Under the pieces are notes generated by a model that was not told the origin of the DNA, did no database searches, and saw only the letters and a list, made by a program, of their open reading frames with translations. Positions 56,507 to 64,000 of a stretch of 64,000 bases of DNA are shown here, piece after piece. The DNA is from a virus (taxonomy: Duplodnaviria > Caudoviricetes), in IMG/VR virus record IMGVR_UViG_3300043364_000002, positions 34,419 to 98,418 of that record, one strand, 5' to 3'. The position numbers were made by a program, and so were the translations under genes. Position 1 is the stretch's first letter; every line of letters begins with the position of its first letter.

Positions 56507-57244
56507 TCAGAACGCCACGTCATCCTGCTGCTCGGTACTGAGCGCAGGTGCCTTCTTTGGAGTCTCGTCCTTCGACGCATCCGGCAGGCCAATCGCCCGC
56601 CCGGTCCACTGCGACGCTTCCTCTATCTGGTCACGCGGAAACGCCTTCAGCAAGAACTTGGCAGCTACGGCGCCGTCGCCAGCGGTCGCCACGTACTCGT
56701 CGTACGTCTTGACGATGCGTCGCATTGCGGCGTCGCGATCGCGGCACCGACGCCAATCGGTCCACATGTCGACCAGAGCTTCCTCCTGTGCGCGAATAGC
56801 TTTATCGTGCTCCTCGCGGCGCTTGTCGTTCGACGCCGAGATCTCGGCCGCTCGCTTCACGGTCGTTAGAACTGCGCTGCTCTCTTCTTCGGATCGAAGC
56901 TTCTGCGCGCTTACCGTTGCGTCTTTGCCAAACGCCTTAGCCGATTCGATTGGCGTGCGGCCGCCGTGGTAGTTGGTCTCGACGATCACCGGATCGAGCG
57001 CCAAGAACTTCATGGCATCTTCCGAAGAGCGGAAAGCGATGTCGAGCTTGTGCCAGGTGTCGCGGTTGACGCGGTAGAACGAAAGCGATGGCTCCGGCAC
57101 TTCCGGCACGGCTTCGAGCTCCAACGTCGACGTGCGGAGAACGCCCTTCGCCATCAACTCGTACTCGGCGAACCGGTCGACCTGTTCCTGAGTGAGCGCC
57201 GCGCGCTCCTCTTCTGACAGCTCCCAGTAGTCTTTCGTATTCAT
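56507..57244 (-). CDS. Hypothetical protein
   Basis: 245 aa, GGAGG RBS, ends DDVAF. Confidence 0.65.
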   Translation of the reverse strand: MNTKDYWELSEEERAALTQEQVDRFAEYELMAKGVLRTSTLELEAVPEVPEPSLSFYRVNRDTWHKLDIAFRSSEDAMKFLALDPVIVETNYHGGRTPIESAKAFGKDATVSAQKLRSEEESSAVLTTVKRAAEISASNDKRREEHDKAIRAQEEALVDMWTDWRRCRDRDAAMRRIVKTYDEYVATAGDGAVAAKFLLKAFPRDQIEEASQWTGRAIGLPDASKDETPKKAPALSTEQQDDVAF

Positions 57245-57938
57245 TGTCCCTCCATCCCATTCCCACTGCTGTCGCTCTCACGCTGCAACAGCACTTCGCC
57301 GGACCTGACGCGCGCCTCGCAAGCGACAAGCGCATCGACGACGAGCCGCCTGTCCGCCTCGCTCATCGGGTCGCCGCGAAGAAACGCTTCGATGACCGCA
57401 TCCGCTTCCTCGGCCTTGGCGCAGCGAGCGCGCATCGCGTCGACGACCAGCGAGACTACGTTGCGCTTACCCTTCCCTTTGCCTCCAACCATCCTGATCA
57501 TCTTTCCTCCTGTCGATTCAGCCGCTCAAAGGTACCGACGACCCACGGGTTAGGCGGTCGCTAGCCAACGCGTCGCCGGGACCTTGGAATTGCTGAATTA
57601 CTTGCACACGTGCTCCCGATATCGCGCCCACCCGTCGTGCCACCGCTCCTCATACGGCGCCGCCATCGGCTGCCGGTGCCGGTCGAGTTCCAGCACGTAG
57701 GCGCCATCTTCCGTCTGCGCCCACTCGAGCCGGATGGCTTTCTCGTCCGTGCCGATCACGATGCACGTCGCCACGCCGCAACACTTTCCGTTGCACACCG
57801 AGCGCCCAAACGAAGTGTGCGGCGCGACCGGCGGCGGCGGTTTGAGCGGCGGCACCGGCGCGTACTGCGACGCGCGGTCACGCACGGTCGGCGGCGTGTC
57901 GGCCCATTCGCCTGGGAAGTATTGGCGTGTCATATCGT

Positions 57939-58463
57939 TCACCAGCCCTGGCACAGCGCTTCGCCTTTTTCGGCGAGCTCGGTTCTGTTCGATCGGAGCC
58001 AATCGAAGTCCTTGCGTCGGCCGACAACGCTCTCCGACTCGGCGCCGACGTAGAACGTGAATGCCTTCCACCAGCGACCGCTTGCCCTGGCGAGTTTCTC
58101 GCGCATCGTAATTGCGGCGCGTTCCGACGACAGCGCGTTCGACGCACAGACCTGCGCCGGCGTGTACGCGCCGAGTCGATCGGCCTTCAGCTGAAAGATG
58201 CCGAATGCTGTCGGCTTGCCGTGCCTATCCGAGTCGCACTCGCGGCGACGTGATACGGGATCAACGCGAGGGCACTCACACGTTTCGACCTCATGACGGA
58301 AGCTCGATTCCCACTTGGCCGTCGCTACGAGAGCAAGCCCCAACGTCACCTCCGACTCGTCGATCACGTTGTCGATGTCGGTCGCGTACCTGGCGACAGT
58401 TTCGTTCGGAAGGCTCGGCGCGGACCACGCGATGGCGGCTGCGATGATGTGGGCGGAGTTCAT
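57939..58463 (-). CDS. Lytic transglycosylase (SLT/lysozyme-like) with N-terminal signal
   Basis: ATAKWESSF, AFGIFQL and late Y motif. Confidence 0.65.
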   Translation of the reverse strand: MNSAHIIAAAIAWSAPSLPNETVARYATDIDNVIDESEVTLGLALVATAKWESSFRHEVETCECPRVDPVSRRRECDSDRHGKPTAFGIFQLKADRLGAYTPAQVCASNALSSERAAITMREKLARASGRWWKAFTFYVGAESESVVGRRKDFDWLRSNRTELAEKGEALCQGW

Positions 58464-61327
58464 TCAGTCGGTCTCCTTCGTGATGAAAATTAGCGCCGGC
58501 TTCACCCGCAACGTCTCGCAGGTCGGGGTAGGACGTTGATAGCGGGTTGCCTTGCTAGCTTCAGCGCCGACCGTCCGTTCCGGCTCCCCGTCACAACCGC
58601 CCACCGAAGCGGGTAGCAGTACGTCTCTGCCCGGTTGAGAAACTTGTGCATGTGCTGTCATTGCCCAGCCTCGATAGTGGCTAGAAGTTCAACGGCGCCG
58701 ATGCTCCGAAAGAGCGCGGCGACGCTGGCCATGAACTTGGACGTGCCGCCGCCAGCTCGGCCTGTCCGGCGCATCTCAGGCGGCGCGCCAGCGTTGATCG
58801 CGGCTCGGTGTAGCGCGTACCTGGTTGCAATCTCCGTCGCATGGCCTGCCACTTCGCGAGCCCACATCTCCGCTCGCGCCCGCGCAGTGGCGCTCGCTTC
58901 GATAGCGGACGGGGTTATTACGCCTCCAGCGTTACTCATGAGCGTGGCTCCATGGTTTGGTCTGATTGAAACGCGCCCTCGACGACGGCGCGCAGTCGCT
59001 GCAGATCCTTCGGCTCCAGCGTGGCGCTGAGACGCCGGAGCATTTCGAGACCGGTCTCCGCCAGCTTGCGATTCTCAGCCTTCAGCGTTCGGCACGCGCA
59101 TCGCTCGCGACGCGGAGGCACGAATTCCCACCGCTCCCACGGCACATCAGGCTGACCCGGACCAAGGTGAAAAGTGCCGGCGCCCTTCAGAACGTACACG
59201 CCTTCGCCGCGAGCTTCGCGCGGATGCGTGAACTGGCTCTTGGCGGTGACGACGTGCTCGGATTGCCGCGCGCCGCATATCCGGCATTTGGGGTCCGTGG
59301 AGATCATCGCCTCACTCCAATCAGCGCCCCGAGCGCCGTAGTCCCCGGCGACGTCGCCTCGCAGGTCTGAACGGCAGACGAGAACTTGCAGCCTTCGGCG
59401 TGGCGCTCGCAGGCGAGGCATTGCCCGCAGCAGCGACAGCGGAAGCAGAGGAGGGTAGGGGAGTGGGTCATCGCCCACCTCGCGCCATGAGGCGGCCGAT
59501 CAGTTCTTTGATGTCGATGTAGAGCGCCGCGTTGTCATTAGTTTCTTCCGGATCGATCTGTATCCGGCGCCACTCCAGCAGCCCGCGTAGGACGGCGTCG
59601 GCTTCGACTGGATCGAGGCCCATGTCTGGATGGCCTGGCCAGCTAACGCAGAGGTCAGCCGAGTCGCCGCCGACATCCTCCACAGTCACGCCAGTATTCT
59701 CTTCTTTCAGGTAGATCATCGCCCGCCTCGCCGCGCGAATGCGAGTCGCGCCAAGGTTTCCAGGTAGCCTTCGGTCGCGATGAGCTCGTCATCCAAGCCG
59801 ACCTGGCGACAAGCGGCGCGCCAGCCGGCCGGAAAGCCGACGCTAACGATGTCGTCGCCGTTGTGCGTGACCGTGAACCACTCGCCCCACGTCGCTTCCT
59901 TGCCGTTGCGAAAACCACGGATCTCGACAGCGACCGCCGTTTGCTCGGCGTCGCCGGCCAGCGGGAACGCGCCAACGGCGCCGTCAGCCGTCACGCCGAT
60001 CTTGCCGTGCTTCGCTTCGAGTTTGGCGACGCGGCGCTCCGTGAGTTCGTCGAATTCGTGTATGGCCATCACGTCCACTCCGGCATGTGAAGTACCCACG
60101 CGCTCTCGACGTTTTCGAGTCCGCGGAAATACGTAAGGTTTCGCTCAGCTTCGGCGGCCGAGTAGGGGCCGAGCAGCTTCGCCATCTCGCCACGGCGATC
60201 GCGTCGCGCATAGCAAATCCAGTGGGCGTAGCCTTCGCTCGGCATTTCGCCAGCGCACTCCGGGCAGTGCTGGCCGCCGTCCTCTGTCGTCGGCCAGAAG
60301 ATCGCTATCGTCGGATCTTCGGTAACGCCGCACCGCGCGCACTTGCCAAGCGGCGCAAGCGGCTCCGCGTCCTCGGCGGCGAAGTAGACGTGCGCGGCGC
60401 TCATGACGTCCTCACGACGAACCAGTGCGGCGCACCGACTTGCGGGATCTCGTGCTCCTCGCCGACCTCTAGCGCTCGGAGCGGCTCCTCGTGCTCGCTG
60501 TCGACCATCGCGATGATGTCGACGAGATCGCAGGGAGCGCCGACGCGGTCGGTTGACGTGCGGACTTCGTAGCGCGCGTTCATGCGGCCTCCGAGATCTG
60601 GACGGGCGCTTCGATGTCGTACCCGGTCCACGCCACGGTGAACTTGCCAACGTTCACGAGCAGGCAGGCAATGCCGCCATTCACGGACACGCCCACGAAA
60701 GGCAGCGTTGTCGGCGCGCAGAGGCCGAAGGCCCGCTCAGCTTGCGAGATGTAGAGAATCATGACGCCACCTTCAGCGCGGTCGCCCGCGCCTCTTGCAG
60801 CGTCGCGAGCACCATCGCGGTGCGGTCGGCGTCTCGGCTCACGCGGTCTTCGAGCACGTTGTTGACGGCTCGCATCATCGATGTCGAAACAAATTCCTTT
60901 TTGCTACTCATTGGGATCCCCCCTCCAGGGATGCGGTTATTGATTTGCGGCAACTGCCGCGGTGAACCTGCGCCTTCACGGCGCGATGCGCGGATGTCGT
61001 CCGAGAGCTCGACTAGGAGCGCGCGGAGGACCGCGATGACTAGGATCGCGAACGCGACGATGAGCGCGATGAGGAAGACGAGGGCGCGGAAAACTAGGAC
61101 TTGCGCTTCGTACGCTTCTTCTTCGTATCTAGCCGCTCCGTGATGCGGAGCTCGGCCTGAATCATCTTTCGAAAATCTACGCGTCGAGACCTGAGCCGCT
61201 CCACCGTCAACCAAACCTTGTCCGAGACTTTTGTCTCGTAGTCCGCGTCTCGCGCGTCGAAATCCCTCGTGTTGGTTAGGACGATCTTGGAGTACTCGTC
61301 CCACAATCTGCTGAGGTAAGCGGCCAT
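58464..61327 (-). other. Run of small leftward early genes of unknown function
   Basis: Chain of short, mostly coupled ORFs, e.g. 58658-58939, 59468-59719, 60580-60762, 61094-61327. Confidence 0.55.
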
Positions 61328-61367
61328 CGGTCCCTGCTCCTGTATGTTTCATCGCGACCATCTGAGG

Positions 61368-61388
61368 CTATGGTAATTACCAAAACCA
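61368..61388 (-). promoter_or_regulatory. Operator O-L / leftward promoter
   Basis: TGGTTTTGGTAATTACCATAG, identical to 62699-62719. Lies within TTGCCG-17-TACCAT. Confidence 0.8.
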
Positions 61389-61432
61389 AAGACGGCAACA
61401 ACAAAAGCATATGGCAACGAAACATACCGAAA

Positions 61433-61894
61433 TCAGACAGCGTTTTTTGTGATAACGCCGGAGCCCCGGACAGACATATAGATGGCCGCCAACATTGGCG
61501 CCGGGAAATGGGGCTGAATTGCCGCAAGCTCTCTAAAGGAGCTGCCGCGCGCCATTTCTTCCGGCAGTGCCAGTTCTAACGCGATCGACGTTACGTCTGC
61601 TTCGGTTGCTGGCGGTTCCAGCTGTTGCCCGATGGCCCGGGCTAGCGCGAGGTAGATGCTCAGTCCGCGACTCGGTATCGGCGCCCTGTTCGGGAACCGC
61701 AAAATACGCCCTTCGATGGTGGCCAACTCGACATTGGAAGGCCGGACTTCGAATCCGAGCCCCTCAGCGAGATCCCTTGGGTCGCAACAGCAGCGCATGC
61801 GCGCCAACGAGTACTGCTTAGCGACCAGTGATTTGATCCGTGTTTTGACGCCCGTTGCCGGACGCCTGCCCCCGTCCCGTAACCCACCCGTCAT
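61433..61894 (-). CDS. ImmA/IrrE-like protein lacking HExxH
   Basis: DPRDLAEGLGFEV and EADVTSIALELALP patterns, downstream of the repressor. Confidence 0.55.
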   Translation of the reverse strand: MTGGLRDGGRRPATGVKTRIKSLVAKQYSLARMRCCCDPRDLAEGLGFEVRPSNVELATIEGRILRFPNRAPIPSRGLSIYLALARAIGQQLEPPATEADVTSIALELALPEEMARGSSFRELAAIQPHFPAPMLAAIYMSVRGSGVITKNAV

Positions 61895-62027
61895 GAAACC
61901 AACACTCAGCCAATACAGACTTCCTGGCAAGGGTGAGCCCGTATTGCGCCACCTACATGCCCGGGAATGACCGGATTGCGAATTCGTTTGGCTTAGTCTG
62001 CGAGACTCAATATTATGACGGGCTATT

Positions 62028-62615
62028 TTAGCTGCGACTGTGCGCGTGTGCGCCGCTAGGCCGCGTCGGTGGGGTCACTTTATGCCGTTGCCGACCGCGC
62101 GCACGGTACGCATTTTCAAGCTCAGTTTGCTTCTCGTCCGGCAGATCAAGAATCTGTTCGGCGAGACGCAGAACGAAGTCGGCGTTGCGTTTGTCGACGC
62201 GCGGCTGAGGGCCGCGGAACATTTTTCCAGCTGCGTCAATGGCCCAGTCGTATTGCGGTTTGCGCTTAACGGCTGACATAGCCGCAGCTTTCCACCATTG
62301 GTATGACCCGTAGGGCAATTGACTACCGTGTTTCTTCTTGTAGGCAGACGGTAGCCAGTCGGGGTTTTGCTCGCGCCACTCCGAGGCCAACCGGGAGAGC
62401 TCGTCGCGGCTGCCGCCGGTGAGTTTCATCGCTAAGGAGTTCTCGAAGTCCTGCCCGATGTCGCTCAGCTTCGACGCGATGTTGCTGAGATGAGCGTGCG
62501 TGACGTCAAACTCCTTGCCGATCTTTCGCAAGGACATTCCGGCCGCGCTTCTCTGCTCAACCAAAAAAGCGACATACAACGCTAGTTCAGAGAAGGCGTC
62601 AGAATTTTTTGTCAT
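62028..62615 (-). CDS. Putative immunity repressor (XRE HTH)
   Basis: GMSLRKIGKEFDVTHAHLSNI HTH, divergent from the cro-like gene. Confidence 0.7.
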   Translation of the reverse strand: MTKNSDAFSELALYVAFLVEQRSAAGMSLRKIGKEFDVTHAHLSNIASKLSDIGQDFENSLAMKLTGGSRDELSRLASEWREQNPDWLPSAYKKKHGSQLPYGSYQWWKAAAMSAVKRKPQYDWAIDAAGKMFRGPQPRVDKRNADFVLRLAEQILDLPDEKQTELENAYRARGRQRHKVTPPTRPSGAHAHSRS

Positions 62616-62636
62616 GTCCGACACATAGCACGGCAC

Positions 62637-62719
62637 TGGTTTCGTTCGTTACCACTTTATACACAGGGAAAACCCAACGGGGGTCTTGACGGCGGCGATG
62701 GTTTTGGTAATTACCATAG
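62637..62719. promoter_or_regulatory. Operators O-R between repressor and cro
   Basis: TGGT-N10-ACCA at 62637-62654 and 62699-62716. TTGACG at 62686. Confidence 0.75.
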
Positions 62720-62728
62720 GCACCAGCC

Positions 62729-63037
62729 ATGACGAGACGCTGCCCAACAAAGGACGCTCGGTTGAAGAAGGCAGAGGCGGCGACAGACGTGCCCGCCAGG
62801 CGCTTGCTTCTTAGGTTTTTGGTTCGCAACCGCATCAGCTATCACGCGGCCGCTGCCGCTCTCGGCGTGAAGCACCCGACGGTGCTCCAGTGGGTACGCG
62901 GACCGAACCGTCCGCTCGACCATCGTGGGGACATCGAAGCTTGGACACGCGGCGAGGTGCCGGAACTCGCGTGGCGCCGAAAGGGCGAGCGCGCATCGGC
63001 TCCGGTTGCGCCGTTCGAACCGACGGGGACGGAGTGA
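62729..63037 (+). CDS. Cro-like HTH protein
   Basis: ISYHAAAAALGVKHPTVLQWVRG..RP...IEAWTRGEV. Confidence 0.75.
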   Translation: MTRRCPTKDARLKKAEAATDVPARRLLLRFLVRNRISYHAAAAALGVKHPTVLQWVRGPNRPLDHRGDIEAWTRGEVPELAWRRKGERASAPVAPFEPTGTE

Positions 63038-63040
63038 CCG

Positions 63041-64000
63041 ATGCAACGCGCATGGCATGAAGCGACCGCTGCGCTCAAGGCTTTCATGGCCGGACCGCCT
63101 TGCCAGTCGGTCGATGATGTCGCCGCGCAGCTCGACATCAACCCTGCAAATCTCCGCCACTGGCTGGCCGGCCACCGACCGCATCCGAAGTTTCGCCGAG
63201 CGCTCGCCGAATTGTCTGGCGGCGCCATTGTCGAAGCCACGTGGGCGACAGTGACTCAGCGCGGTCGAGCCATGAAGCGTGCGCAGGCTAGGGCGATCCA
63301 TGTTGCTCAGGCAGCGCGTTACCATCGGCCGGCAACAAACGAGCGGCACGGCATGTCGGGCACCGTCGAGTACCAGACGTGGCGCAACATGCTGAGCCGC
63401 TGCTACTACCCGCGTGACAAGAAATACAAGTACTACGGCGAGCGTGGAGTCACGGTCTGCGAGCGGTGGCGCGAGTCGTTCGCCAACTTCTTTGCTGACA
63501 TGGGCCCGCGGCCTCAGGGGCGATTCTCGATCGAGCGAAAAGAGAACAGTCTCGGTTACGAGCTGGACAACTGCATCTGGATGCCGCGTTCCAGGCAGAA
63601 CGCACACCGATCGAACAACCTGCTCCTCACGTTCGAAGGTCGCACGATGTGCGCATCCGACTGGGACAGGGAGCTCGGGTTCACCCATGCGAAGGTTGCG
63701 CATCGGTGGGGTCTCGGACTTCGCGGAGCCGACCTCTTCGTGCGTGACAATTCGCTGCGCGAACGTGCGCTGGCGCGTCTGAAGCAGCTCAACGCGCAGC
63801 GGCGCGGCACCGGCAAGCTGCCAACGTGCAACCTTGGCGCGCAGCTGCTCTTCGGGTGCCTCGCGCAGCGCCGCCTGTCGCGACGCGACGCAGCGAGGTC
63901 GCTCGGCATATCGCTGTCCGGTCTGGTTCTTTGGATGCGCGGCAAGGTTCGGCCGTGGCCTCACGTTCGCGAGCGGATCGCTGCATGGAGCGACGGCGCT
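63041..64000 (+). CDS. HTH-HNH-HTH fusion protein (runs off window)
   Basis: Manual translation gives 320 open codons from ATG 63041: Cro-like HTH, HGMS..EY.TW..M..RC / YGERGVTVCERW nuclease core, second HTH. Confidence 0.75.
   Translation, partial: MQRAWHEATAALKAFMAGPPCQSVDDVAAQLDINPANLRHWLAGHRPHPKFRRALAELSGGAIVEATWATVTQRGRAMKRAQARAIHVAQAARYHRPATNERHGMSGTVEYQTWRNMLSRCYYPRDKKYKYYGERGVTVCERWRESFANFFADMGPRPQGRFSIERKENSLGYELDNCIWMPRSRQNAHRSNNLLLTFEGRTMCASDWDRELGFTHAKVAHRWGLGLRGADLFVRDNSLRERALARLKQLNAQRRGTGKLPTCNLGAQLLFGCLAQRRLSRRDAARSLGISLSGLVLWMRGKVRPWPHVRERIAAWSDGA

Noticed and set aside
60759-61361. 200-aa ORF
   Set aside because: It overlaps a more plausible SD-led ORF (61094-61327). Only its SD-led C-terminal 50 aa look real.
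62711-63964. 417-aa minus-strand ORF
   Set aside because: Antisense shadow of the cro and HTH-HNH-HTH genes, with no motifs.

Overview
The window is a large part of a GC-rich temperate myophage genome. An intact attP core has phage genes on both sides, so this is a free or circular form and not an integrated prophage end. Abundant Cys-rich lipoproteins, a planctomycete-type cytochrome c and sigma54 promoters point to a myxobacterial host, probably Polyangiales (inference). 1-26 kb is a Mu-like head and contractile-tail module with an inserted peptide deformylase and a reverse-strand lipoprotein moron. 26-35 kb holds lysis-type genes (membrane proteins, papain-like peptidase, GH73-like endolysin) interrupted by a candidate fibre cassette built on an 18-aa-period ruler protein. 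35.3-41.5 kb is small early or accessory genes. 41.5-61 kb is a leftward arm with a lipoprotein/metzincin/cytochrome c cluster, a tRNA-Val attP, integrase and excisionase, RecT/YqaJ, DnaQ and several HNH nucleases. 61-64 kb is the immunity region. The strongest novel signal is at 38.2-41.2 kb: nine sigma54-type -24/-12 elements (eight match TGGCACR-NNN-CWMGCAATAG, one is degenerate). Each lies 13-14 nt before the ATG of its own small ORF, which implies leaderless mRNAs. They form a divergent cassette array with repeated TGTCCG candidate enhancer sites upstream. Terminase, portal and replication genes are not in the window. All family calls come from motif recognition by eye, not database searches.
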